DNA of 32,000 nt from a bacterium (GTDB lineage: Bacteria > UBP7 > UBA6624 > JBBIMK01), in assembly GCA_037444445.1 (NCBI GenBank), contig JBBIMK010000016.1, positions 16,800-48,799 of the forward strand. Reading direction: 5' to 3'. Positions 18,138 to 27,208 of the stretch are shown here, one piece after another. Position 1 is the stretch's first letter. The number at the start of each line of letters is the position of its first letter. Made by a program: the position numbers and the translations under genes. The notes beneath the pieces were generated by a model, which was given only the letters and a program-made list of their open reading frames with translations, made no database searches and was not told where the DNA came from.

Positions 18138-18931
18138 AGATTTCCTCCCTTGAGTTTATCCCAGAGATGGTTATCCCAGTTCAGGAAGAATCCTTCCGGG
18201 TCGCCCGTGGCAAAGTCCAACCGAACAGGGGAAATGGAGATGAAGCCATCAGCGATGGCTTTGCTATCGGTTCCAGGGGTGGTATCCGTTTCCACCCTTC
18301 CTCCATCAATCCAGTAATAAATGCGTCCCCTGGGGTCTTCGCGCCGTTCTATGACATCCTTATATCGTCGACGCCCCAGTCGGGTTACCTGGATTCCACG
18401 AATGCTGCTCAGTGGAAGGTTGGGAAGATTCACATTCAGAAAGGTTCGCTCCGGGAAATTTCTTGTGGAGATGATTTTTTCTGTCAAGATTTTTGCCAGC
18501 AGGAATGCGAGTTCAAAGTGGAGTACGCCATCAAATTCAGCCACGGAAATGGAAAAAGCAGGAATCCCCAGGATTGTTCCCTCCCTCGCTGCCGCCACGG
18601 TCCCGGAATATAGAGAATCTTCTCCGAGATTCGGACCGCGATTAATTCCTGACACAACCAATGCGGGTGGGTTTTGTTTCATAATCTCCCATTTTCCCAG
18701 CAAGACGCAATCTGTGGGCGTTCCATTGGTGATATAGGCTTCCACACCACCGATTTTCACCTTCCTGCACCGAAGGGGTTTATGAAGTGTAATGGCGTGG
18801 GAAACTCCAGAACGCTCCTGCTCCGGCACAATTGCCACCACATCCCCCACTTCACTCAAAGTTTCTATAAGACCTTCCAGTGAGTCAGAGAAGAATCCAT
18901 CATCGTTGGTGATTAAAATCGGTCTTCTCAT
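18134..18931 (-). CDS. surE: 5'/3'-nucleotidase SurE
   Basis: The N-terminal ILITNDDGFFS and the GINRGPNLGEDSLYSGTVAAAREG block are canonical SurE motifs. Confidence 0.93.
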   Translation of the reverse strand: MRRPILITNDDGFFSDSLEGLIETLSEVGDVVAIVPEQERSGVSHAITLHKPLRCRKVKIGGVEAYITNGTPTDCVLLGKWEIMKQNPPALVVSGINRGPNLGEDSLYSGTVAAAREGTILGIPAFSISVAEFDGVLHFELAFLLAKILTEKIISTRNFPERTFLNVNLPNLPLSSIRGIQVTRLGRRRYKDVIERREDPRGRIYYWIDGGRVETDTTPGTDSKAIADGFISISPVRLDFATGDPEGFFLNWDNHLWDKLKGGNL

Positions 18932-19578
18932 GGCTGCTGTGAGGAAAAGCGGATGCGTTTGGAAGGAATCACCACCACCGAAGCCTCCTTCAAGTGCTGA
19001 AGAACCGCTTCATCCAGTGTGATGTTCAGGGGTTTCGGCTCTGCCTTCAGGGTGCGATTTTTGAACCAGCGATATCCATAAGGGGCATCCAGTAACATCT
19101 GATGAACACAGGTGGTATAGATGCGATGTGGCATCAGGGGTTCAATGCCGACCTTGATTCTAAGGTTTTTTGGGTTACCCTCCTGAACTTCTACTTCCAT
19201 CCCGGTAAAATGAACGAAGGCATTGGATTTCTTTCCGTATTCCTCCAGCGTTCTCTGAATGATTTTCTGAATTTCCATCCCGGTGAGAGAAAGGGTGTAA
19301 AGTGTCTCACCCTTCCGCACAACTTTCCCCACCTCTGCCGGGTCAGCTCTGGGAATCCATTCGCCAAAGATAACCTCTTTCAGGACGAAAGCAATCTCTG
19401 TTTTGGAGGCTTTTTTCACCGCATCTGCGGCTAAATCTCCAAGCAAACTTTCCCCGCTTCCAGTGGAGTATGGATTCCATAGGGCGGACAGAAACAGGAA
19501 TGAAGCGAAGTAAATTTTTCTGAAAGAAACAACCTTTGGCTGGAGAAGAAGAAGCCGGAATGAGGCGAAGGAAATCAT
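18928..19578 (-). CDS. 5'-nucleotidase C-terminal-domain protein (substrate-binding domain only, probable signal peptide)
   Basis: 216 aa with a hydrophobic N-terminus (IYFASFLFLSALW). The remainder resembles the UshA-type C-terminal domain (SLLGDLAADAV..A.KTEIAF ... LSLTGMEIQKII ... V.GEPL.P..IY). No metallophosphatase domain is present. It overlaps surE by 4 nt. Confidence 0.65.
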   Translation of the reverse strand: MISFASFRLLLLQPKVVSFRKIYFASFLFLSALWNPYSTGSGESLLGDLAADAVKKASKTEIAFVLKEVIFGEWIPRADPAEVGKVVRKGETLYTLSLTGMEIQKIIQRTLEEYGKKSNAFVHFTGMEVEVQEGNPKNLRIKVGIEPLMPHRIYTTCVHQMLLDAPYGYRWFKNRTLKAEPKPLNITLDEAVLQHLKEASVVVIPSKRIRFSSQQP

Positions 19579-19599
19579 CGTGCGAAGTGTGGGAGAAAA

Positions 19600-19959
19600 T
19601 TAGAGTTTATATCGGCGAACGGGGAGTAACCTTCTGCCGACAGAATCTGGCATAAAGCCCAGGGATTCCAGAACTATCGCCCCCAGAGTGGGAGTTGCGC
19701 CATCCGGGTCGAAGGTCACTGGAACCGTGGCTCGCTCACCGTCCACCTCCACCATTGCTTCTCCCGCAGGGAGTTTCATCCCATTCCCACCGGCGATTTC
19801 ATATTCTTTTTCTCGGTATGGAGTGATTCCTAACTCCCTGAATGAAGAGGCAGGCAAGCCACAATCCGTAGAGCCTGTGTCCACGAGTGCATCCACAGCG
19901 ATAGACCGCCCGAAGTCTACTGGATTACAAAAGCGTGCCTTTACCCTGCAACTTTCCAC
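19600..19959 (-). CDS. retropepsin-like (clan AA) aspartic protease, short AF_0612-like type
   Basis: 119 aa with the active site DALVDTGSTDCGLP. A GTG start has AGGAGG (19975-19970) 10 nt upstream, and TATAAT (19992-19987) lies further upstream. Confidence 0.75.
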   Translation of the reverse strand: MESCRVKARFCNPVDFGRSIAVDALVDTGSTDCGLPASSFRELGITPYREKEYEIAGGNGMKLPAGEAMVEVDGERATVPVTFDPDGATPTLGAIVLESLGFMPDSVGRRLLPVRRYKL

Positions 19960-20004
19960 TTCTTTTCTCCCTCCTTTTCTATCCTCATTATATCAGCCTC
20001 TTCT

Positions 20005-20026
20005 CTTCCTTTTGCCAGCAAGGAAG
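20005..20026 (-). terminator. weak hairpin downstream of prfB (possible terminator or attenuator)
   Basis: 7-bp stem CTTCCTT/AAGGAAG with an 8-nt loop, about 60 nt after the prfB stop. No following U-tract, so the assignment is weak. Confidence 0.2.
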
Positions 20027-20084
20027 AAACTGTTGGGTTCGGTTTCAAAGTCCAGGGTCTAAAAGGGTGAGGGATAAATCCTGT

Positions 20085-21228
20085 CTATCCGTGGGCTTCA
20101 TTTTTGTTGTTCTCTTTTTCTTGCATCAGGTAAGCCCAGATAAACTCATCCAGGTCGCCATCCAGAACCCGGTCCGTATCTCCGGTTTCCACCCGGGTTC
20201 TCAAATCTTTAATCATCCGGTAAGGGTGAAGAACATACGAGCGGATTTGATACCCCCAGCCCATATCCACCTTTTCACCTTTCAAGTTTTTTTCCTCATC
20301 TTTTCGCTTTTGCTCTTGAATTTCATAGAGTTTTGCTCCGAGGAGTTTCAAAGCCATCTGGCGGTTTTGATATTGGGAGCGTTCCGTCTGGCATTCCACC
20401 ACGATTCCTGTGGGAATATGGGTCAGGCGGACGGCGGAAGAAGTTTTGTTCACATACTGCCCGCCAGGTCCGCTGGCACGAAATGCGTCCATCTTGATGT
20501 CCTCCGGGTTGATTTGTATCTTTTCCTCGGGGATTTCCGGTAAGATTTCCACGAGAGCAAAAGAGGTATGCCTTCGTTTGTTCGCGTCAAAAGGTGAGAT
20601 GCGAACCAGGCGATGAACGCCTTTCTCGGCCTTCAGCAAGCCGTAAGCATATTTCCCTTTCACATACAGGGTGATGAGTTTTGTCCCCGCTTCTTCTCCG
20701 GGCGTTCGGCTCAGCACTTCCACCTTATAGCCCTTTTTCTCCATCCATTTGAGATACATCCGCAGAAGCATATCCACCCAGTCCTGGGCTTCTGTTCCGC
20801 CGGCGCCCGCATGAATGCTGAAAAGGGCATTCCGCTCATCGTAAGGGCCAGATAAAAGGAATTCCACCTCCCGCCGACGGAGGTCCTTCACCAGTTCCCT
20901 GACTTCCTGAAGAATCTCCGGTAATTCCTCCCACGATTCTTCTTCCACCACCAGTTGATAGAGTTCTTTCACATCAGTAAGCCGGCGTGAGAAGGAACCC
21001 CATTCCTCCAGTCGTTCCTTTAACCGGCTGACCTGCTGGGTTAAGTTCTTCGCTTCTTCCGGGTTTTTCCAGACTTCTGGATTTTCTAACTTTGCCTGAA
21101 GGCGGGATAGTTCTTCCCCGCTGGACTCCGGGTCAAAGATACCTCCGGATACGCTCAAAAAGAGTCTCCGCTGACTGCAATAACCCTTCTACTTCCGCCG
21201 TTTGTGGATAAAACACTCTCTTCTCCAT
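20085..21228 (-). CDS. prfB: peptide chain release factor 2, translated via programmed +1 frameshift: complement(join(20085..21134,21136..21228))
   Basis: ORF0 (ATG 21228) gives MEKRVFYPQTAEVEGLLQSAETLFERIRRYL and stops at a TGA within CTT TGA C. The +1 frame continues DPESSGEELSRLQAKLENPEVW... through the RF2 body, with SPF (ISPFDA) and GGQ (GPGGQYVNKT) motifs. Confidence 0.95.
21132..21146 (-). other. RF2 autoregulatory +1 frameshift site (GGAGG TAT CTT TGA C)
   Basis: The minus strand reads GGAGG (21146-21142), TAT, CTT (21138-21136), TGA (21135-21133), C. This is the same architecture as the E. coli prfB shift site: an internal SD, a 3-nt spacer, then CUU UGA C. Confidence 0.9.
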
Positions 21229-21377
21229 ACTTTATAAACCTCCACTACTTACATTTTACCACAAAAACGATTTTCAGGCATCGTCCTGCACCCCTGCCTT
21301 ACAAGGAACGAAGGATTGTCGGCTAATATATGGGTCGCCTGATGAATATCTGGGTTTCTCAAGATTCGTGTGATACA

Positions 21378-21989
21378 ATGAATAATGAGAAAGACAAAGT
21401 GAAAAAGAAGGGTCGCACATCTTTGAGGAAAGAGGTGGAGGAGCGGATTGCCCTGTTGAAGCGGGCTACCCTGCTGGAAGAGCCTCTTAAAAATGCGGAG
21501 ATTTTGCTGGTGAAGGCGCTGAAGGAAGGGAAAAAGATATTGGTATTCGGAAACGGTGGGAGTGCGGCCGACGCCCAGCATTTTGTGTGTGAACTCGTGG
21601 GGCGGTATAAAAGAGAGCGGTCAGGCTTCCCCGCCATAGCCCTCTCTTCTGACCCTTCGGTAGTGACTGCGGTTTCCAATGACTATGGATATGCCCGCAT
21701 CTTCGCCCGACAGGTGGAAGCCCTGGGAACCCCCGGCGATGTAGCCATTGCGATTACCACCAGTGGAAAGTCAGAAAATGTGCTCCAGGGAGCCAGAAAA
21801 GCGAAGGAGAAAGGGCTCCATTTGATTGCTCTTCTGGGGAAAAATCCCTCCTCTTTAGGGCCTATCTCGGATGTGGTTCTAACGGTTCCCTCTGAAGACA
21901 CCCCCTTGATTCAGGAGATACATACGGTGCTCCTGCATATACTGGCGAAGGGAATAGAGGAAATAGCAGGCGGTGAGGAAAATCTATGA
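21378..21989 (+). CDS. gmhA: D-sedoheptulose-7-phosphate isomerase (SIS domain; GmhA/DiaA family)
   Basis: Motifs ILVFGNGGSAADAQHFVCELVGRY, AIALSSD...VTAVSNDYGY, ITTSGKSENV and the C-terminal QEIHTVLLHIL match GmhA. The start is ambiguous (ATG at 21330, 21342 or 21378). 21378 best fits the length of the E. coli protein as I recall it. Confidence 0.8.
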   Translation: MNNEKDKVKKKGRTSLRKEVEERIALLKRATLLEEPLKNAEILLVKALKEGKKILVFGNGGSAADAQHFVCELVGRYKRERSGFPAIALSSDPSVVTAVSNDYGYARIFARQVEALGTPGDVAIAITTSGKSENVLQGARKAKEKGLHLIALLGKNPSSLGPISDVVLTVPSEDTPLIQEIHTVLLHILAKGIEEIAGGEENL

Positions 21990-22975
21990 AACTGGATAGA
22001 TTTTCCTCCCTTTTGCGCATCTTCCCGCAGATGGAAAGGCTGGATACTACAGTGCGGAGGATCGTGTTTGATGGCCGTTCTCAGTGGTTTGACGAAGTCA
22101 TTGAGTATCTCCTATCTCGGGAGGGAAAGCGATTACGACCGTTATTAACCCTCATCTGCTGTCGGTTATTTTCCGACGATTCGTCCGAGAAGGTGCTGGA
22201 AGTTGCCGGATTGGTGGAGATTCTTCATTCTGCCTCCCTTCTTCACGATGATGTGATAGATGAGGCGGTCCTACGGCGTGGGACTGCCTCGGTAAACTTC
22301 CGCTGGGGTGATAAAGTGGCAGTGCTGGTGGGTGATTTTCTTCTCTCCCGCCTGTTCAGCCGTATCGCTCAACTTTCTGACCCTTTTATTCTTCAGGAGT
22401 TCGTGAGGAATGCTCGCCTGCTCAGCGAGGGCAGTTTGCTGGAGTTGCACTCTCGCTATGACCCTTGCATTACTGAATCCCAGTATTCGGACATCATCGC
22501 CCGGAAAACATCCTCTCTTTTTTCCCTCGCCTGCACTCTTGGAAGTTATCTCGGTGGCGCGACTTCCGCACAGATTGAAATCCTGGAACACGCCGGCTAC
22601 CACATCGGCTATGCTTTTCAGGTGCTGGATGACATCCTGGATTACACGGGAGATGAGGAAAGTACGGGTAAAGAACTCTGGAAAGACATCAAACAGGGTT
22701 ATTTCACCCTGCCTTTTATCCTGGGCGACCCGCAGGGAAAGGAAAAACTGGAAAAGTGGAAGAAAGTGCCGAAGAAGGCATGGAAATCTTTTATCCAGAG
22801 CCGACAGGACTATATTGCGGGGAGGTTAAATGAAGGTATGGGGATAGAACGCTCTCGGGTGCGAGCCAGAGAGCATATTGCGGAAGCTCTGCACCGGATT
22901 GAGGGCATTCCGGATTCCCCCGGGCGACATCTTTTTTCATCCTTCCTTCAAATTTTACTGGAGCGCTCCCGATGA
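21986..22975 (+). CDS. polyprenyl diphosphate synthase (trans-isoprenyl diphosphate synthase family)
   Basis: First Asp-rich motif LLHDDVIDEAVLRRG and second Asp-rich motif FQVLDDILDY. Its start overlaps the gmhA stop (ATGA). Chain length cannot be inferred from sequence alone. Confidence 0.9.
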   Translation: MKLDRFSSLLRIFPQMERLDTTVRRIVFDGRSQWFDEVIEYLLSREGKRLRPLLTLICCRLFSDDSSEKVLEVAGLVEILHSASLLHDDVIDEAVLRRGTASVNFRWGDKVAVLVGDFLLSRLFSRIAQLSDPFILQEFVRNARLLSEGSLLELHSRYDPCITESQYSDIIARKTSSLFSLACTLGSYLGGATSAQIEILEHAGYHIGYAFQVLDDILDYTGDEESTGKELWKDIKQGYFTLPFILGDPQGKEKLEKWKKVPKKAWKSFIQSRQDYIAGRLNEGMGIERSRVRAREHIAEALHRIEGIPDSPGRHLFSSFLQILLERSR

Positions 22976-23520
22976 CACTCCGTGAAGAAACCGCTTTCAT
23001 CACCGGCCTGGCTCGCAGAGCTGTAGAAACCTATATAAGAGAAGGTCGCATTCTATCCCCCCCGAAATTGGAAGAGATTCTACCAGTGTTCCGGAAACGA
23101 GCTGCCGTATTCGTCTCTATTAAAAAGCAAGGGCAACTTCGCGGGTGCATAGGTACCATCACTCCTCTTTACCCATCCATTTGTGAAGAAGTGATTCACG
23201 ATGCCATTAGCGCCGCTGTAGACGACCCGCGTTTTGAGCCCGTAAAGGAGGAAGAGTTCTCTGATTTGAAGTATTCCGTAGATGTTCTTTCACCCTTACA
23301 GAAGGTGAAAGGGATGAAGGATTTGAACCCGAAGAAATACGGGGTTCTGGTGCGGGCAAACGGACGGCATGGACTCCTTTTGCCTGACATAGAAGGTATT
23401 CACACGGTGGAACTGCAGGTGGAAATCGCACGCAGGAAGGGTGGAATCGGACCCAATGAACGAGTAACCCTGTATCGTTTCACTGTGAAGCGGTATTCGG
23501 AGATGGAGGAAAAAAAGTGA
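22972..23520 (+). CDS. AMMECR1 domain protein (AmmeMemoRadiSam system protein A-like)
   Basis: 182 aa with the characteristic LRGCIGT motif, DDPRFEPV and GLLLPD blocks. Confidence 0.88.
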   Translation: MTLREETAFITGLARRAVETYIREGRILSPPKLEEILPVFRKRAAVFVSIKKQGQLRGCIGTITPLYPSICEEVIHDAISAAVDDPRFEPVKEEEFSDLKYSVDVLSPLQKVKGMKDLNPKKYGVLVRANGRHGLLLPDIEGIHTVELQVEIARRKGGIGPNERVTLYRFTVKRYSEMEEKK

Positions 23521-23521
23521 G

Positions 23522-24166
23522 ATGGGGAACCTCCGATTGGTTCTGGCTTCTTCCTCACCTCGCCGTAAGGAATTGTTAAAGAAACTGAACCTCCCTTTTC
23601 AGGTGCGTCAGCCACCAGAAACTGCGGAAACACGCGTTCCTTCGGGGAAGGATTTTTTGAGAGAACTTTCACATATTGCTATTCGCAAAGCACAGAGTGT
23701 GGCAAAACCGGGGGTGGATGAAGTCATTCTCGCCGCAGACACCATTGTGGAAATAGATGGACACTTGCTGGGAAAGCCCACTTCCCCGGCGAATGCCCTG
23801 AAAATGCTCCAAAAACTGCGAGGAAGGTGGCACCGGGTTCACACGGCTGTTTGTGTTTTCCATCCCACTCAGAACATCCTGAAAACGCATGTGGAAACCA
23901 CGAGGGTAAAAATGGGGAATCCCTCCGATTCCCTGCTGGGCTGGTATGTGGAAACCGGTGAACCTATGGATAAGGCAGGAGCCTATGCAGCACAGGAACG
24001 CGGGGCCCTCCTCATTGAGAAGGTGGAAGGCTGTTTCTTTAATGTGGTCGGGCTTCCACTTTACCAGGTCTACCTGTTGCTTAAGTCCGTAGCTCCTGCT
24101 TTACTCCCGGAAAGTCACTCCCTTCTTCCTTCCGAGGAAAGAGGTGAACCCGATGACAACGGATAG
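23522..24166 (+). CDS. maf: Maf-family nucleoside triphosphate pyrophosphatase
   Basis: The N-terminal LVLASSSPRRKELL, ADTIV and AGAYAAQ/GxxxIE motifs are typical of Maf. Conserved maf-radC-mreB context. Confidence 0.92.
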   Translation: MGNLRLVLASSSPRRKELLKKLNLPFQVRQPPETAETRVPSGKDFLRELSHIAIRKAQSVAKPGVDEVILAADTIVEIDGHLLGKPTSPANALKMLQKLRGRWHRVHTAVCVFHPTQNILKTHVETTRVKMGNPSDSLLGWYVETGEPMDKAGAYAAQERGALLIEKVEGCFFNVVGLPLYQVYLLLKSVAPALLPESHSLLPSEERGEPDDNG

Positions 24167-24884
24167 AGATGAGGCGGTTTACCCCCAGGGGAAACCGGAG
24201 AAAAATCACTATACTCTACGGGAACTTCCGGAGGAGATGAAACCGAGAGAGAGGCTGGCGAAATGGGGGGTAAACTCTCTGTCGGACGAAGAACTGGTGG
24301 GGCTTTTGCTCAGTTCTGGTTCAAAAGGGGTGACAGCGGTAGAACTGGGCAGGGAAATGATTCGCCAACTGGGTGGATTAAAGGGGCTACGGAAAGTATC
24401 CCTGGAGCAACTCAGGTGTTTAAAAGGCGTGGGTTTAGGAAAAGCGAGCCGGATCCTTGCCGCAGTGGAGTTGGGTCTCCGCGTCCTCCAGAGGGGGGAA
24501 ACTCTGCGCCCTACCATCAAAACCGCTGAAAGTGCCGCCGCTGAATTAACGCCGAAATTAAGGGGGCTATCTCACGAAGAATTTCATGTCCTCCTGCTGG
24601 ATAATAAACTCCGGGTCCTGCGGGATGTGATGGTGAGTAAGGGAGGATTTGATAAAACCGTGGCGCTCCCCCGGGAAGCATTTCACGAAGCCACCAAATC
24701 CGCAGCACGGGCCGTGATTTTCGCCCATAACCATCCCAGCGGTGACCCCAACCCCAGCCCCGATGACCTCCTGTTGTTCAAACGCTTGAATGAAACCGGT
24801 CAAATCCTTGGCATTGAGGTGTTGGACCACCTCATTATTGGTGACCATGGATTTTACAGTCATAAATCTCAAGGAAGAGGATGA
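24153..24884 (+). CDS. radC: RadC-family (JAB/MPN domain) protein
   Basis: An HhH-like N-terminal region (LSDEELVGLLL..GS) and the JAMM-like HNHPSGDPNPSPDD motif. The ATG at 24153 is preceded by GGTGA 5 nt upstream. The ORF track starts at GTG 24144. Confidence 0.9.
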   Translation: MTTDRDEAVYPQGKPEKNHYTLRELPEEMKPRERLAKWGVNSLSDEELVGLLLSSGSKGVTAVELGREMIRQLGGLKGLRKVSLEQLRCLKGVGLGKASRILAAVELGLRVLQRGETLRPTIKTAESAAAELTPKLRGLSHEEFHVLLLDNKLRVLRDVMVSKGGFDKTVALPREAFHEATKSAARAVIFAHNHPSGDPNPSPDDLLLFKRLNETGQILGIEVLDHLIIGDHGFYSHKSQGRG

Positions 24885-24890
24885 GGAAAT

Positions 24891-25913
24891 ATGGTGTGGC
24901 GATGGTTAGACCACTGGCTGAATGTGGACCTGGGGATTGACCTGGGAACCGCTAACTCCCTGGTGTATGTTCGGGGAGAGGGCATTGTTCTCGTTGCACC
25001 TTCCGTGGTGGCGGTGAAAAAGCCGGAAGGTGAGGTACTCGCCGTCGGGAATGATGCCAAGGAAATGATAGGAAAAACACCAGAAAATATCGTGGCTATT
25101 CGCCCCCTTCGCGATGGTGTGATTGCCGATTTTGACATCACCGAGAAAATGTTGAAATACTTTATCGGCAAGGTGGTCAAGCGGAAAGGGCTGTTGGCTC
25201 CCCGGGCTCGCGCGGTGATTGGTGTCCCCTCGGGTATCACGGAAGTAGAGCGAAGAGCGGTGGTAGACGCCGCTTATAAATCCGGATGCAAAGAAGTAGA
25301 ACTGATTAGTGAACCGATGGCCGCTGCCATCGGTGCAGACCTGCCAATTGATGAACCCATCGGCAATATGATTGCGGACATCGGTGGTGGCACCACGGAG
25401 GTCGCCGTGATTTCCCTCGGTGGAATCGTGGTTCAGGAATCCATCCGTGTGGCTGGAGATGAAATGGATTCCGCCATTGTCAGTTATATCAAGAAACACC
25501 ACGATATGGAAATCAGCCTGAAAGCATCTGAAATCGTGAAGATTCAAATCGGCTCCGCCGCTCCCGTTTTTGACGAAGAGAAAAAAATGCTCATCCGAGG
25601 CTATAATATCGTGAAGCGTCTTCCCGGTGAACTGGAAATTTCATCCGATGAAGTGAGAAGAGCTCTCAACCCACCAGTGGAGGCAATCATCGGGGCTATC
25701 CTGAGAACCCTGGAACGCACGCCACCTGACCTTTCGGAAGACATCGTGTCCAAAGGAATTGTGCTCACCGGTGGTGGCTCCCTCTTGCGGGGTTTGGACA
25801 TTCGGGTTCGCGAAGCCACCGGCGTGCCGGTTTCTGTGTCCGATGACCCCCTCACCACCGTAGTGAAAGGCACAGGAAAATATGTAGAATTTAAATACCG
25901 TAACCAGCGTTAA
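24891..25913 (+). CDS. mreB: rod shape-determining protein MreB
   Basis: Actin-fold motifs DLGIDLGTANSLVY, IADIGGGTTEVAVISLGG and IVLTGGGSLLRGLD. Confidence 0.96.
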   Translation: MVWRWLDHWLNVDLGIDLGTANSLVYVRGEGIVLVAPSVVAVKKPEGEVLAVGNDAKEMIGKTPENIVAIRPLRDGVIADFDITEKMLKYFIGKVVKRKGLLAPRARAVIGVPSGITEVERRAVVDAAYKSGCKEVELISEPMAAAIGADLPIDEPIGNMIADIGGGTTEVAVISLGGIVVQESIRVAGDEMDSAIVSYIKKHHDMEISLKASEIVKIQIGSAAPVFDEEKKMLIRGYNIVKRLPGELEISSDEVRRALNPPVEAIIGAILRTLERTPPDLSEDIVSKGIVLTGGGSLLRGLDIRVREATGVPVSVSDDPLTTVVKGTGKYVEFKYRNQR

Positions 25914-25917
25914 CACA

Positions 25918-26754
25918 GTGATATTCCTCACCCGGTTCCTCCGACGATACGCCGTCCTATTGGTCTTGATAGCCACAGGCTTTCTTTTCTTCCCTCTCCG
26001 CTACGGGCAAACATTCCCGTGGGTTCAACTGCGTAACTTCACCACTACTCTGGTTATTTCTCCCATTACATACGCAAGGAAAGCCTGGGTGGAATGGAAA
26101 AGCTTTCTTTTTGCTTATCGGGATGTGGCTCAACGAGATACCGAGTTGAATCGTCTGCGGATTGAGAACACCCAACAGGCGATGGAAATCCTTCAGTTGC
26201 GACGAAAACTGGCAGGACTGTCCTGGGCAGAAAACCTGACATCCAGCCTCTCTCCTTTACCCGATTATCGTCTACTCCCTGCGGAAATCGTTATTCGTTC
26301 CCCATCCCGGTGGTTCTCTCGTGCCGTCTTAGATAAAGGAACTGCACAGGATGTCAAAATCCACAGTGCGGTCATTTCTTCCGGAGGTGTAGTGGGAAAA
26401 ATTCACGCGGTGTATCCCGATTATTCCATCCTCCGCTTTTTCATTGACTCCGGTTTCGTTATGGGCGGTAAAGTGGTGAGAACAGGTGATGTGAAAGTCC
26501 TGGAAGGAAAGGGCTCTTATGCGATGCTCCAGTATTTTCCCCTGAAATCGGACATCCAGGTAGGCGATGTGGTCGTCACATCCGGGCAGGATGGAATTTT
26601 CCCACCGGGCCTGTCTGTCGGTTCCGTGTCCTTTATACGGGAAATACCCGGGCGAGCCCTGCTGGAAGTTCAGGTGATGCCAGGCATACAATTCACTCGC
26701 TTAGAATGGGTGATGATTCTTGTCCCAGAAAAAGAGGTTCCGAAGGCACCGTAG
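25918..26754 (+). CDS. mreC: rod shape-determining protein MreC
   Basis: 278 aa with a GTG start, an N-terminal TM segment, a coiled coil (ELNRLRIENTQQAMEILQLRRKL) and a C-terminal beta domain (VVTSGQDGIFPPGLSVGSV). It lies immediately after mreB. Confidence 0.85.
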   Translation: MIFLTRFLRRYAVLLVLIATGFLFFPLRYGQTFPWVQLRNFTTTLVISPITYARKAWVEWKSFLFAYRDVAQRDTELNRLRIENTQQAMEILQLRRKLAGLSWAENLTSSLSPLPDYRLLPAEIVIRSPSRWFSRAVLDKGTAQDVKIHSAVISSGGVVGKIHAVYPDYSILRFFIDSGFVMGGKVVRTGDVKVLEGKGSYAMLQYFPLKSDIQVGDVVVTSGQDGIFPPGLSVGSVSFIREIPGRALLEVQVMPGIQFTRLEWVMILVPEKEVPKAP

Positions 26755-27208
26755 TTTCTACCATCTCTTTCTATTTCTGGCGGTGCTCGCAGGGGCCTTT
26801 TTTTTACTTCTTCAGGATATATCCGGGTTTCTCATCGTGCTGGCTTATCTGCCCATATTCTTTCCATCTATTTCTCCGTTTCTCCTGCTGGGCGTGGCGT
26901 GTGTCGGGGGCGCAACGCTGGACCTGGCGTTTCATTTGAGTTTGCCTGCTTTTCTGATTCTGGCGGGCACTTTCGTTCTCCTGACGGAGCGAATGCGAGA
27001 GTATGTGTTCATTCGCCATATTCTCGCCCCCCTATTCATCAGCCTCTTTTCCGTCCTCTGGACTTTCCTCTTTGATGCTTTCTGGGGCGTTCTCTTCCGC
27101 CAATCCTGGGTGAATCCGTGGGAACCCCGGCGATTCCTCTGGTTCACACTCCTATCCCTTCTCCTGTGGGGGTATGCGGTTTATGGTCTGGACCGTGGTA
27201 AGGATTAG
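26720..27208 (+). CDS. mreD: rod shape-determining protein MreD (by position and topology)
   Basis: 162-aa polytopic hydrophobic protein between mreC and mrdA. TTG start; the start is uncertain. Confidence 0.65.
   Translation: MSQKKRFRRHRSFYHLFLFLAVLAGAFFLLLQDISGFLIVLAYLPIFFPSISPFLLLGVACVGGATLDLAFHLSLPAFLILAGTFVLLTERMREYVFIRHILAPLFISLFSVLWTFLFDAFWGVLFRQSWVNPWEPRRFLWFTLLSLLLWGYAVYGLDRGKD

Noticed and set aside
19935-20543. 202-aa plus-strand ORF antisense to prfB
   Set aside because: Shadow of the RF2 gene.
24906-25547. 213-aa minus-strand ORF antisense to mreB
   Set aside because: mreB on the plus strand is unambiguous, so the antisense frame is a GC-driven open frame.
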